A DNA stretch of 64,000 nt from Deltaproteobacteria bacterium (GCA_032128115.1 JAQBHB010000040.1:1-64000); one strand, 5' to 3'. Numbered from the stretch's first letter, positions 42,658-52,564 are shown. Numbers and translations: made by a program. The notes: generated by a model from the letters alone, not told the origin.

Positions 42658-43533
42658 ATGAAGCTTGCGACCTTCACCCACCGGGGCGACACACGCATCG
42701 GCGTCGTAGAAGGCGACGAGATCGTCGATCTCGCCGCTGCCGCGCCCGAGCTGCCTCGTCACATGCTGGACTTTCTCGAGGCCGGACCGGAAGCGCTGCA
42801 CGCGGCGCGAGCGGCGATGGCCAGCGAGGCGCGCCTGGCGCTGGCCGACGTGCGCATCGAGGCGCCCATCGCGCGCCCGCCGAAGTTTCTGGGGGTGGGC
42901 CTCAACTACGCCGATCACGTGGCCGAGGCGGGGTTGGAGCAGCCCAAGCACCCCACGATCTTCAACAAGCAGTCGACCTGCGTGACGGGGCCGACCGATC
43001 CGATTCACGTACCGGCGGTCTCTCATGTGCTGGACTACGAGGGCGAGCTCGGCTTCGTGATCGGGCGCCGTTGCCGTCACGTGTCGCGCGACGACGCCCG
43101 CGACGTGATCGCGGGCTACCTCGTCGTGAACGACGTGAGTGTTCGCGACTGGCAGCTGCGGGTTCCCACCTGGACCATGGGGAAATCCTTCGACACCCAC
43201 GGGCCCATGGGGCCCTGGATCGTGACCCCCGACGAGCTGCCCGACCCCCACCAGCTGCGCCTGCGCACCTGGGTGAACGGGGACCTGCGCCAGGATTCGA
43301 GTACCAAGGAGCTGATCTTCGACTGCTTCACCCTGGTGGAGCACCTGTCGACCGCCTTCACCCTGGAGCCCGGTGACGTCGTCGCCACGGGGACACCGTC
43401 GGGGGTGGGAATCGGGATGAAGCCGCCCCAGCTGCTCAAGAGCGGCGACGTGGTGCGAATCGAGATCGAGGGCATCGGCCAGATCGAGAACCCGGTGCTC
43501 GACGAACCCAGCGCGGGCGGGAAGGGCGAGTGA
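42658..43533 (+). CDS. Fumarylacetoacetate hydrolase family protein
   Basis: GLNYADH, DYEGEL, NDVSVRD, GKSFDT, TGTPSGVG. Confidence 0.95.
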   Translation: MKLATFTHRGDTRIGVVEGDEIVDLAAAAPELPRHMLDFLEAGPEALHAARAAMASEARLALADVRIEAPIARPPKFLGVGLNYADHVAEAGLEQPKHPTIFNKQSTCVTGPTDPIHVPAVSHVLDYEGELGFVIGRRCRHVSRDDARDVIAGYLVVNDVSVRDWQLRVPTWTMGKSFDTHGPMGPWIVTPDELPDPHQLRLRTWVNGDLRQDSSTKELIFDCFTLVEHLSTAFTLEPGDVVATGTPSGVGIGMKPPQLLKSGDVVRIEIEGIGQIENPVLDEPSAGGKGE

Positions 43534-43919
43534 TGAATCGCCGCGAGATTGTCTACTGGGCCATCACGGGCCTGTTCTGCCTGGCGTTCGTTCTCGGCGG
43601 CCTGAGCCACCTGATGCGGGCGGACTTCATCGCCGAGGCCATGGCCCACCTGGGCTACCCGGCCTACGTGATGTCGATCCTGGGCGTGGCCAAGTTGCTT
43701 GGCGTGGTAGCGCTTCTGGTTCCGGGCGTGCCGTTGTTGAAGGAGTGGGCCTACGCGGGCTTTGCGTTCGACCTGCTGGGCGCCACCGCGTCGCATGTCT
43801 TCGCGGGCGACCCCGTGTCCGAGATGCTCGGGCCGGTGATCCTGCTTGGCGTGGGCGCCGGCTCCTACCTGCTTCGACCCGATTCACGTCGGATCGCCGA
43901 GGCCCTCCGGGCCCGCTGA
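43533..43919 (+). CDS. DoxX-like membrane protein
   Basis: HLGYPAY..ILGVAKLLG, LKEWAYAGF.FD. Confidence 0.88.
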   Translation: MNRREIVYWAITGLFCLAFVLGGLSHLMRADFIAEAMAHLGYPAYVMSILGVAKLLGVVALLVPGVPLLKEWAYAGFAFDLLGATASHVFAGDPVSEMLGPVILLGVGAGSYLLRPDSRRIAEALRAR

Positions 43920-43932
43920 GGGAGGCAAGATC

Positions 43933-44844
43933 ATGATCAAGGTCGTCGACGTGGCGTTCGTGCGCTTTGGTGCACCGGATCTGGAAGTCATGGAGCGCTT
44001 CCTCACCGACTTCGGTCTGGTGGTGAGCTCTCGCGAGGCAGGGGTGCTCTACGCACGCGGCACCGACCCGGCGCCGTATCTGCACGTGACCGAGCCCGGC
44101 GAGGCGGGCTTTCGCGGCGCAGCCTTCGAGGCCGCCTCTGCCGAGGATCTGGTGGCGGCCTCGAAGCTGGCAGGCGCTTCGGGCGTCGAGAAGCTCGATG
44201 CGCCCGGGGGTGGGGAGCGCGTGCGCTTCACGGACCCGGACGGATTCGCAATCGACGTGGTCCACGGGCGCGAGCCGCTGTCGCCGCTGCCCGTGCGGGG
44301 AGCCGCGCCGCTCAATCGCGGCAGCGACCGGCCGCGTCTGGGGAAGCTCCAGCGGGTGGAAGCCGGACCCGCGTCAGTCAAGCGCCTGGGGCACGTGGTG
44401 CTGCGCGTGAGCAATTTCCGCCAGAGCGAGGCCTGGTACAAGTCGCGCTTTGGCTTCCTGACCTCGGACGAAGTCTATCTCGGCGAGCCCGAGAACCTCA
44501 TCACGGCCTTCATGCGCTGCGACCGGGGGAAGCAGTACGCCGACCACCACAGCCTGCTCTGCGTGGGGCTGGGCGCGGTGGGCTTCGACCACGCGGCCTT
44601 CGAGGTGGAGGACATCGACGCGGTGATGGTCGGTCACGACCACCTGAAGAAAGGCGGCTACGACCACCACGCGGGAATCGGGCGCCACGTGCTGGGCAGC
44701 CAGGTCTTCGACTACTGGCGCGATCCCTGGGGCCACGTGGTCGAGCACTTCACGGACGGCGACCTGCTGAACGATGAACACGTGACCGAGCTCCACGACC
44801 CGGCGACGGCGCTGGGAACCCAGTGGGGAAGCTTCATACCCTGA
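43933..44844 (+). CDS. VOC-superfamily ring-cleavage dioxygenase, trihydroxytoluene oxygenase (DntD)-like
   Basis: PDLEVMERFLTDFGL, RLGHVV, DHH, DHAAFEV, GIGRHVLGSQVFDYWRDPWG..VEHFTDGD. Confidence 0.8.
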   Translation: MIKVVDVAFVRFGAPDLEVMERFLTDFGLVVSSREAGVLYARGTDPAPYLHVTEPGEAGFRGAAFEAASAEDLVAASKLAGASGVEKLDAPGGGERVRFTDPDGFAIDVVHGREPLSPLPVRGAAPLNRGSDRPRLGKLQRVEAGPASVKRLGHVVLRVSNFRQSEAWYKSRFGFLTSDEVYLGEPENLITAFMRCDRGKQYADHHSLLCVGLGAVGFDHAAFEVEDIDAVMVGHDHLKKGGYDHHAGIGRHVLGSQVFDYWRDPWGHVVEHFTDGDLLNDEHVTELHDPATALGTQWGSFIP

Positions 44845-44877
44845 CGAGAAGTGACCGAAAGGAAGAGAGACCCGCAG

Positions 44878-45873
44878 ATGACCGAAACCAACCGTCAATG
44901 GCTGCTTCGCCAACGCCCGGTGGGCATGCTGAAGGAGAGCGACTTCGAACTCCGGAGCTCTCCCGTTCCCCAGCCCAGGGAGGGGCAGGTCCTGATCCGA
45001 AACCGCTGGCTCGCCTTCGAGCCGGCCATGCGCGGCTGGATGGACGATCGCCCCAACTACATCCCCCCGGTGGCGATTGGCGACGTGATGCGCGGCATGA
45101 CGGTGGGCGAGGTGGTGGCGTCGAATCTTCCGGGCTATGTGCCGGGCGACCAGGTGACCGCGATGGCCGGCTGGCAGGAGTGGGCCCTCGGAGACGGCGG
45201 CCTCCGAAAGCTACCGGCCGGAAGCGATCCCAAGCTGGCGCTGTCGGTTCTGGGAATCACGGGCGTCACCGCCTACTTCGGGTTGCTGGAGATCGGCAGG
45301 CCCGTGGAAGGGAACGTGGTCGTCGTCTCGGGCGCGGCAGGCGCCACGGGCTCCGCGGTGGGCCAGATCGCCAGGCTGAAGGGCTGCCGCGTGGTAGGCA
45401 TCGCAGGCGGCAGCGAGAAATGCGCGTGGCTCGTCGACAAGGCCGGATTCGACGCGGCCATCGACTACAAGAACGAAGACGTGGGCGCGCGACTCTCGGA
45501 GCTGTGCCCCCAGGGCATCGACGTCTTCTTCGACAACGTGGGCGGTCCGATCCTGGACGAGGTGCTCGCGCGCATCGCGCGCGGTGCCCGGATCGTGATC
45601 TGCGGCTCGATCTCGCGCTACAGCCTGGAGGAAGCCCCCCCCGGGCCCCGCAATTACTTCAATCTCACCGCCCAACGCGGCCGCATGGAAGGCTTCGTGG
45701 TGTTGGACTACCTCCCGCGCTTCGCCGAGGCCTCCGAAGCCCTGATGAAGTGGGTGGCGGACGGAAGCCTGGTCTGGGAGGTGGACGTACAGCAGGGATT
45801 CGAGAACGCGCCGAAGACACTCCAGCGCCTGTACACGGGGGCGAACTTCGGCAAGCAGCTGCTGGAGATCTGA
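44878..45873 (+). CDS. NADP-dependent oxidoreductase (prostaglandin reductase/CurA-like ene-reductase)
   Basis: NRQWLLRQRPVG, TAYFGLL, SGAAGATGS, FDNVGG, GANFGK. Confidence 0.93.
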   Translation: MTETNRQWLLRQRPVGMLKESDFELRSSPVPQPREGQVLIRNRWLAFEPAMRGWMDDRPNYIPPVAIGDVMRGMTVGEVVASNLPGYVPGDQVTAMAGWQEWALGDGGLRKLPAGSDPKLALSVLGITGVTAYFGLLEIGRPVEGNVVVVSGAAGATGSAVGQIARLKGCRVVGIAGGSEKCAWLVDKAGFDAAIDYKNEDVGARLSELCPQGIDVFFDNVGGPILDEVLARIARGARIVICGSISRYSLEEAPPGPRNYFNLTAQRGRMEGFVVLDYLPRFAEASEALMKWVADGSLVWEVDVQQGFENAPKTLQRLYTGANFGKQLLEI

Positions 45874-45877
45874 TCCC

Positions 45878-46894
45878 ATGGGGCTCGCATTCGCGCTGCT
45901 GGCGGCGGCTGCTCTCGGGGTCTGGGTCTGGGAGAGTCGCCGGCGCAAAAGGCATCCGATTTCCGCGGGGTTGCACCCGGAGATCGAGATTCCTCACGAA
46001 GCCGAGTTCGAGCTGTATCACAACGCTCTCTCGCTCTGCTCCATGAAGACGCGGGTCTGCCTCGCGGAGCTGGGCGTGGCCTACGAGAGCCATCCCATCG
46101 ATCTGATCGAGACCGGCTGTTACGAGAACATCCGGCGCGATTTCCTGGCGGTGAATCCGGGGGGCACGGTGCCGGTGCTCGTGCACAACGGGCATCCCGT
46201 GTACGAGTCGCACGAGCAGATCCGCTACGCCGCCGACCACGCGCCGCCGGGAAGCCCGCGCCTGGTTCCCGAAGATCCTGCCGATCGCGAGGAGATGCAG
46301 CGCTGGGTCGATTGCTCGTCCCTGACCCACGACCCGTTGAACCACGGTGACGAGAGTGCGGGCAATGCCGTGCCCGGGCTCACGGTGCCGATCTTCGCCG
46401 CCATGATCGATCGCATCGCGTACTGGAAGATCCTCGAGGGATTGCTGTTCCATTTCGACAAGCAGCGGCCCGTCCTCTTCCTGCTGTTCAAGGCGGTCGG
46501 GCTGAAGCGCCTCGGGGCGCTTCCACCGCTGGGGAAGGTCGTCGCCAGGAGTCGCCGGCAGATGCGGTTCCACCTGGATGCGCTGGAGAAGCAGCTGCAC
46601 GAGTCGGGCGGTCCCTGGATCCTGGGGGAGACCTTCAGCCTGGCCGACGTGAGCTGGCTCGTGATCTTCGAGCGGCTGGCACAAGTAGACTCGCTCCAGG
46701 TGTTTGCGAGCGAGCAGACCCGACCCGAATGTGCGGCGTACTGGGCGAGGCTGCAGGCGCGGCCCAGCTACCGACAGGCGATCCTCGAAAACTCGCACCC
46801 CACCATCCGCTACGGCACGGTTCGCCTGCGCGAGGCGAAGGCGGCCGATCCGGCCCTACGTCTGCTGCTGGACGGCCCGGAGGACCCGGCATGA
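45878..46894 (+). CDS. Glutathione S-transferase family protein, PcpC-like, with N-terminal membrane anchor
   Basis: LYHNALSLCSMKTR, NPGGTVPVLV, YES, WILGETFSLADV. Hydrophobic N-terminus. Confidence 0.85.
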   Translation: MGLAFALLAAAALGVWVWESRRRKRHPISAGLHPEIEIPHEAEFELYHNALSLCSMKTRVCLAELGVAYESHPIDLIETGCYENIRRDFLAVNPGGTVPVLVHNGHPVYESHEQIRYAADHAPPGSPRLVPEDPADREEMQRWVDCSSLTHDPLNHGDESAGNAVPGLTVPIFAAMIDRIAYWKILEGLLFHFDKQRPVLFLLFKAVGLKRLGALPPLGKVVARSRRQMRFHLDALEKQLHESGGPWILGETFSLADVSWLVIFERLAQVDSLQVFASEQTRPECAAYWARLQARPSYRQAILENSHPTIRYGTVRLREAKAADPALRLLLDGPEDPA

Positions 46895-47742
46895 TCATTC
46901 CCGACGAACAGATCACCACCCAGGAGGTGAAGTCCTGGAAGGGCTTGCACCTGCTGCACTTCCAGAGTTCCAGCTGTTCGCAGAAGGTGCGGGTGCTGTT
47001 GCGGGAGAAGGGCATCCGGTTCGAATCCCACCCGGTGGACCTTCCCCGGCAGAAGCACGTGAGCGCCTGGTACCTGGGCATCAATCCCAGGGGCGTCGTG
47101 CCGGTTCTCGTTCATGACGGCGTCGTGCACGTGGAGAGCAACGACATCCTGCGATATCTGGATTCCGGGTTTCCCTCGGAAGCGCCTTCCTTCTTTCCGC
47201 AGAACGAGCAAGAGCTGGCCTGGGTTCGGGAGAACCTGGATCTCGAGGACAGCCTTCACATGGATCTCCGGAATCTCACCATGGGATTCATGATGCCCCG
47301 CAGGTTCGCAACGAAATCCGAGGCGACCCTGCAGCGTTGGGAGCGGGAGGGCGCCGAGAATCCCAAGCGGAAGATCGAGGTCCGCTGGTGGCGGGATTAC
47401 GCCCGCCAGGGGATCACACCCGAACAGGCCCAGGCTTCCGTCGATGCCCATCGACGGGTCTTCGAGACCCTGGATGCGCGCCTGGCGTCGTCCCCGTGGC
47501 TGATCGGCGGCGGGCTCTCGGTGCTCGAGATCGCCTGGTTCATCACCACCACCCGTCTTCGGGCGGCGGGATACCCGCTGGAGGCCCACCCGAATCTGGC
47601 CCGCTGGCACCGCGACCTGGCCGCGCGTCCCGCCTTTGCCCAGGAGACCCGCAACCCGTTCCTGCTGAGAGGCATCGCGCTGCCGATCTACGGTCTCTAC
47701 CGCAAGCTCGAGCGAACCACGCTCGCCGATCTCACCGATTAG
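46891..47742 (+). CDS. Glutathione S-transferase family protein
   Basis: HFQSSSCSQKVR, INPRGVVPVLVHDG..HVESNDI. ATGA overlap with the preceding GST. Confidence 0.87.
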   Translation: MIIPDEQITTQEVKSWKGLHLLHFQSSSCSQKVRVLLREKGIRFESHPVDLPRQKHVSAWYLGINPRGVVPVLVHDGVVHVESNDILRYLDSGFPSEAPSFFPQNEQELAWVRENLDLEDSLHMDLRNLTMGFMMPRRFATKSEATLQRWEREGAENPKRKIEVRWWRDYARQGITPEQAQASVDAHRRVFETLDARLASSPWLIGGGLSVLEIAWFITTTRLRAAGYPLEAHPNLARWHRDLAARPAFAQETRNPFLLRGIALPIYGLYRKLERTTLADLTD

Positions 47743-48620
47743 CCGCCTGCGGCGGGGGCGAAGATCTCGAGCACGCGTTCGTCGGGACCCCGGGAGCCGT
47801 CGCCCCGCAGGGCCTGCAGGCAGACGTGGTCGGCGCCCGCGTCGTGGTGGGCCTTCAGCCGCTCGGCGATGGCCTTTTCGTCTCCCCAGGCGAAGACCGC
47901 GTCGATCAGCCGGTTGCTGCCGCCGTTGCTGAAATCGTCGTCGCCGAAGCCGAGCCAGCGCCAGTTGTTCCGATAGTTGGGGAGATCCAGGTAGGTGGCC
48001 AGGTGCTTGCGCCCGATCTCGCGGGCCGCCGAAGCGTCGGTCTCCAGGATCACCTTCTGGTCGGGGCACAGCCACGGCCCGGTTCCCAGGATCTCGCGCG
48101 CCCGCGCGGTGTGCTCCGGCGGCACGTTGTACGGGTGGGCGCCCCGACAGCGCTCGGCGGCCAACGCCAGCATCTTCTGGCGCAGGGCGGCGATCACGAT
48201 GGGGGCCTCCGCCTCGGGCTTCGGGCCCAGGTACAGCGCCTTCTCGATCGCGTCCAGTGTTCCCCGCATGGTGGCAACCGGCTTCCCGTACTCGTGACCG
48301 CGGATGCCGGTCACGAGCGGGGCGTGGGAGACCCCGAGGCCCAGGATGAAGCGACCCCCCGTCAGCTCGCCCAGGGTCTGCTGCACCGCTCGGATCGACA
48401 TGGGGTCGCGGGCGTAGATGTTCGCGATCCCGGTGGCGAAGATCAGCTTTTTCGTCTGGCACGCCAGGTACGCGATGGTCGAGAAGGGATCCCGGCCCAC
48501 GGCCTCGGGAATCCACAACACGCCGTAACCCAGTTCTTCCAGTCGGCCGGCGAAATCCGCGGCCTCGGATCCGCTCATGCCATCGAGCCACGTCCAGCAA
48601 CCGAGCCGTCCGATGTCCAT
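47739..48620 (-). CDS. LLM-class probable F420-dependent oxidoreductase
   Basis: LWIPEAVGRDP, ATGIANIYARDP, GRFILGLGVSH, LPNYRNNW, AGADHVC. Confidence 0.88.
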   Translation of the reverse strand: MDIGRLGCWTWLDGMSGSEAADFAGRLEELGYGVLWIPEAVGRDPFSTIAYLACQTKKLIFATGIANIYARDPMSIRAVQQTLGELTGGRFILGLGVSHAPLVTGIRGHEYGKPVATMRGTLDAIEKALYLGPKPEAEAPIVIAALRQKMLALAAERCRGAHPYNVPPEHTARAREILGTGPWLCPDQKVILETDASAAREIGRKHLATYLDLPNYRNNWRWLGFGDDDFSNGGSNRLIDAVFAWGDEKAIAERLKAHHDAGADHVCLQALRGDGSRGPDERVLEIFAPAAGG

Positions 48621-48641
48621 GGGTCTCGATCTCCTATCGCC

Positions 48642-49427
48642 TCAGGGGTTCTCTCGCCTCCGGACGACGGCGGGAACCAGATCGGGCTTTCCCGTCACAT
48701 ACGGTTTCATCCGATCCAGCCAGGCCATCAATTCCGGGTACGCGAGGATGTCTTCGGCGCCCCGGAATCCGGTCATCCAATACAGGGCGAACTGGGGATA
48801 GGCCGCGAGATCCGGTAGCGACGGCGTGTCGCGCCCTGCCACGAACGGTCCACCCTTGAGGTGCGCCAGGAATTGCCCGTACAACTCGAGCTTGGCCTCT
48901 CGGACCGGAAGTCCGTTGTCCGCCTTTGCCACCAGCTCCCGGACGAAGCGGATCCGCTTGATGATCAGGGGCCAGGCGGCGCGCAGCAGGAAGGGGAGGC
49001 CACCCTCTGCCGTGTTCGCCATGACATGCGACAGCTTCCATCCGTTGAGCACGTAATCGATCCCCGAGCCCGGGTAGGAGCGAAAGCTTCCGGGGGTCAG
49101 GTGGTTCGTGATCCAGTCGTCGACGGCCATCAGGTGCTCGCGCTCTGCGCCGCCGGCCGGCAGCAGGGGAGGGGCCTCGGGAAACAGCTCGTCGAGCCAT
49201 AGGCCGATGGGGGTGGAGTCGGCCCGACTCTCGCCGTTCACGGTCAGAACGGGGATCTGGCGTCCAATGGGGAGATCCTGCTTCACCCGCAATGGATTGA
49301 TGTAGAAGCACTCGAAATCGAGCCGCTTGAACAACAGGAAGCAGTGCACCTTCGCAGCGAAGGGGCTCATGGCGTAGGAGTAGAGCCGGATGGCCGGGCC
49401 GGAGGTGCGGAGGGGTGCGCTGCTCAT
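48642..49427 (-). CDS. GST/glutaredoxin-like protein (mPGES-2-like)
   Basis: LYSYAMSPFAAKV, QIPVL, DSTPI, FVAG..PSLPDLAAY. Confidence 0.78.
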   Translation of the reverse strand: MSSAPLRTSGPAIRLYSYAMSPFAAKVHCFLLFKRLDFECFYINPLRVKQDLPIGRQIPVLTVNGESRADSTPIGLWLDELFPEAPPLLPAGGAEREHLMAVDDWITNHLTPGSFRSYPGSGIDYVLNGWKLSHVMANTAEGGLPFLLRAAWPLIIKRIRFVRELVAKADNGLPVREAKLELYGQFLAHLKGGPFVAGRDTPSLPDLAAYPQFALYWMTGFRGAEDILAYPELMAWLDRMKPYVTGKPDLVPAVVRRRENP

Positions 49428-49527
49428 GTCTGCACGATCCTTGTAGCACCTCGGGGCAGCGGGCGGCAGACAAACGCCAGGATGGCGCATAATGCCGAGC
49501 ACATCGGTTCGAGCGCGGGAGGATTCG

Positions 49528-50940
49528 ATGAACAACGCCGAACTCTGTTACGCCGGAATCTCGCAGCTCTCGCAACGTCTGGCGCGAAAGCAGCTCTCGC
49601 CCGTGGAGCTTGCGGGTGCCCTGCTCGACCGTATCGATGAACTCGACCCGCAGCTGCACGCCTACGCGACCCTCACCCGCGATCTGGCCATGGAGCAGGC
49701 GAAGCAGGCCGAGGCGGAGATCGGTCGCGGGGAGTATCGGGGGCCGCTTCACGGCGTTCCGGTGGCGGTGAAGGATCTCTGCTTCACCCGCGGCATTCCC
49801 ACGGCGGCGGGCATGCGGATCCACGCCAACTTCGTCCCCGATCACGACGCCACGGTCGTGACGCGATTGCGCGATGCGGGGGCGGTCCTGCTCGGGAAGC
49901 TGCAACTGACCGAAGGGGCGATGGCCGCCCACCATCCCGACATCACACCTCCCGTGAACCCATGGAGCGCCGCGCACTGGACCGGTGTTTCGTCCAGCGG
50001 CTCGGGCGTGGCTACGGCCGCGGGGCTGTGCACCGCCTCGCTGGGCTCCGACACGGGCGGATCGATCCGGTTCCCCTGCGCCATGAACGGCGTTACCGGG
50101 ATCAAGCCCACCTGGGGCCGGGTGAGCCGTTACGGCGTGTTTCCGCTGGCGCCCACTCTCGACCACGTGGGGCCCATGACGCGAAGCGCCGAGGACGCCG
50201 GGCACGTGCTGCACGCGATCGCCGGCGCGGACGAGAACGACACGACTGCATTGCGAAATCCCGTGCCCGATTACAACGCGGGCGAGGTTTCGGTGCGGGG
50301 CCTGCGGATCGGTGTGGACGCCCGCGAAATCTTCGACGGCGTCGAGGCGCCGGTGGCCGAGGCGGTGCGAGGTGCCATCGACAGCCTCGCCGGTCTCGGC
50401 GCGCGCATCACGGAATTGAAACTTCCGTCGGGTCGCGCCCTGGCCGAGGGCTGGGGCGCCTGGTGCTCGGCCGAGGCCGCGGTGGCGCACGAGGCAACCT
50501 TCCCGGCCCGGGCCGACGAATACGGCGAGTACCTTCGGGGCTTCCTCAGCGTGGGCGCGGCGATCCCCGGGACCGCGCTGGCCCGGCTCGCCCTGGAGGC
50601 GCGGGTCTTCGCCGCCGGGCTCGCCGCGGGTTTCGAGCAGGTCGACCTGGTGCTCGTCCCCGTGCTGGCGACCGTGGGTCTCAGCCTCGAGATGGCGAAC
50701 AGGATCACCACGAGCCCCGCGGATGTGGGCGCAGCGCTTCGCTTCACGGCGCCCTTCGACTTTTCCGGGAGCCCTACCCTCACCATGCCGTGCGGCTTCG
50801 ATGCGGCCGGCGTGCCCATCGCCTTCCAGCTGGTGGCTCCGCACCTGGCCGAGGCGCGCCTGGTGACCGCGGGTCGCGCCTACCAGGACGCCACGGACTG
50901 GCACCGCCGCCGGCCCGCTCTGGGTGCGGATTCGGCGTGA
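49528..50940 (+). CDS. Amidase (amidase-signature family)
   Basis: PLHGVPVAVKD, SSSGSG, GSDTGGSIRFP. Confidence 0.95.
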   Translation: MNNAELCYAGISQLSQRLARKQLSPVELAGALLDRIDELDPQLHAYATLTRDLAMEQAKQAEAEIGRGEYRGPLHGVPVAVKDLCFTRGIPTAAGMRIHANFVPDHDATVVTRLRDAGAVLLGKLQLTEGAMAAHHPDITPPVNPWSAAHWTGVSSSGSGVATAAGLCTASLGSDTGGSIRFPCAMNGVTGIKPTWGRVSRYGVFPLAPTLDHVGPMTRSAEDAGHVLHAIAGADENDTTALRNPVPDYNAGEVSVRGLRIGVDAREIFDGVEAPVAEAVRGAIDSLAGLGARITELKLPSGRALAEGWGAWCSAEAAVAHEATFPARADEYGEYLRGFLSVGAAIPGTALARLALEARVFAAGLAAGFEQVDLVLVPVLATVGLSLEMANRITTSPADVGAALRFTAPFDFSGSPTLTMPCGFDAAGVPIAFQLVAPHLAEARLVTAGRAYQDATDWHRRRPALGADSA

Positions 50941-50974
50941 TGAACGCCTGGGATCCTCGGGAGCGCGTTCGCGA

Positions 50975-52564
50975 GTGATTGCGGCTGCGCCCGATGTCGC
51001 TGCCTCCCTGCTCACGGCCGAGCGCGTCGTCGCGATCAAGGTCGTCGTCGCGATCGCGTGCGGAGCGCTCCTCGCCTGGGGCATCGTGTTGCGCCGGACC
51101 GCACGGCCCGATGCGCATCGCCGCCTGCGCGACGGCCTGTTGCTGACGCTTGGCGTGTTGGGAGCGCTCTGCTGGACGAACCTGCTGAAGTTCCACTTCG
51201 GCTCGTTCCCGGTCGAGTCTCCGCTGGGATACGTCCACGTATACGACACGTTCCACTACTACGCGGGCAGCAAGTACTTTTCCGAGCTCGGCTACACGCG
51301 CCTGTATGACTGCATCGTAGCGGCCGACCTCGAGGTGTTTTCGAGGCGCGAGATCGGACAGCGGTCGTTCCGGAATCTGGAGACGAACCGGCTCGAGCGC
51401 CCGACAGCGGTGTTGCGCGATCCCTCGCTCTGCACACGCCACTTCTCGCCCGAGCGCTGGGAGGACTTCCAGCGCGACCTCGACTGGTTTCGCCCCCGGA
51501 TCCACCTCTGGAATCAGATGACTTTCGACTGGGGGTACAACCCGACTCCCGTGTGGACTCTTGCCGGAACCGCGCTGACGAACACGGCGCCGGCATCGCG
51601 CGGCCAGATCGGCGTTTTGACGCTGCTTGATTTCGCGCTGCTCCTGGCCATGTGGGGGCTCGTGGGGTGGGCGTTCGGCTGGCGCACTACGTGTGTGGCG
51701 CTGGTCTTCTGGGGGACGAGCGTACCCAGCAGCTATCTGTGGGCGGGGGGAAGCCTGCTCCGCCAGGGTTGGCTGGTGACCAGCGTGGCGGGCATCTGTC
51801 TGCTCCGGCGCCATCACACGGTTTCCGCGGGCTTTTTCTTCGGTTATGCGGCGCTTCTCCGGATCTTTCCCGGAATCGTGCTCGCGACCCTGGGTTTCAA
51901 GGCGCTTTGGCAGGCGTGGAGGGCCCCCGGCCGGCGGCTCGCGCCTGCACACGCAAGAGTCGCCCTCGGCGCGCTGCTCTCGGTTGCGATCCTGGTTCCG
52001 CTCTCTGCCGTTGCGACAGGTGGCTTCGAGTCCTGGCAGGGCTTCGTGAAGAACTCGGTGGCCGACTCGAGACCGAGCATGAACCAGATGGGCCTGAAGG
52101 CGATGATTTCGCAGCGGCGCGATGCCCAATGGGAGGCGCTGCAGCCCCTGGGCGTCGCCGCCTACGACGCCTGGACCGCGGCTCGCGAGGGGGGCTTTCG
52201 CGAGCGCCGCTTCGTCTTCGCCGCGCTCGTTCTCGCCTGCCTGATCCCGGTAGCGCTGGCCGTGAGCCGTGAAGAGGACTGGGTCGGCGCGGTGCTGGGA
52301 ACCGGCCTGCTCTCCGTCGTGTTTCTCCTCCAGTGCTACTACTACGCAGCCTTCCTGGTCTTCGGCCTGCTGTGGTCGCGCAACGAAGGCATCGGCGTCG
52401 CCCTGTGCGGACTGGCCGCCTACTGGGGCGTCGTCCAGATGCTCTCGGACACCTGGGACATCGTGTACGTGTGGTACAGCCTGGGGGCGATCGTGTTCGT
52501 GGTGTTCGCCGCGGTGGCACTGCTCCGGTCGGAACCCGGCGTGGCCGAGGCTTCGGCCGGCTAG
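50975..52564 (+). CDS. Multi-pass membrane protein, possibly GT-C/GT87-like glycosyltransferase
   Basis: Many TM segments, HYYAGSKYFSELGY loop, DWGYNPTP, LRIFP. Confidence 0.62.
   Translation: MIAAAPDVAASLLTAERVVAIKVVVAIACGALLAWGIVLRRTARPDAHRRLRDGLLLTLGVLGALCWTNLLKFHFGSFPVESPLGYVHVYDTFHYYAGSKYFSELGYTRLYDCIVAADLEVFSRREIGQRSFRNLETNRLERPTAVLRDPSLCTRHFSPERWEDFQRDLDWFRPRIHLWNQMTFDWGYNPTPVWTLAGTALTNTAPASRGQIGVLTLLDFALLLAMWGLVGWAFGWRTTCVALVFWGTSVPSSYLWAGGSLLRQGWLVTSVAGICLLRRHHTVSAGFFFGYAALLRIFPGIVLATLGFKALWQAWRAPGRRLAPAHARVALGALLSVAILVPLSAVATGGFESWQGFVKNSVADSRPSMNQMGLKAMISQRRDAQWEALQPLGVAAYDAWTAAREGGFRERRFVFAALVLACLIPVALAVSREEDWVGAVLGTGLLSVVFLLQCYYYAAFLVFGLLWSRNEGIGVALCGLAAYWGVVQMLSDTWDIVYVWYSLGAIVFVVFAAVALLRSEPGVAEASAG

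Noticed and set aside
43933..47742. Lignin beta-etherase (LigDEFG) pathway
   Set aside because: The GST motifs contain an active-site Cys more like PcpC/LinD, and no LigD-type SDR is in the operon. It cannot be fully excluded without a phylogeny.
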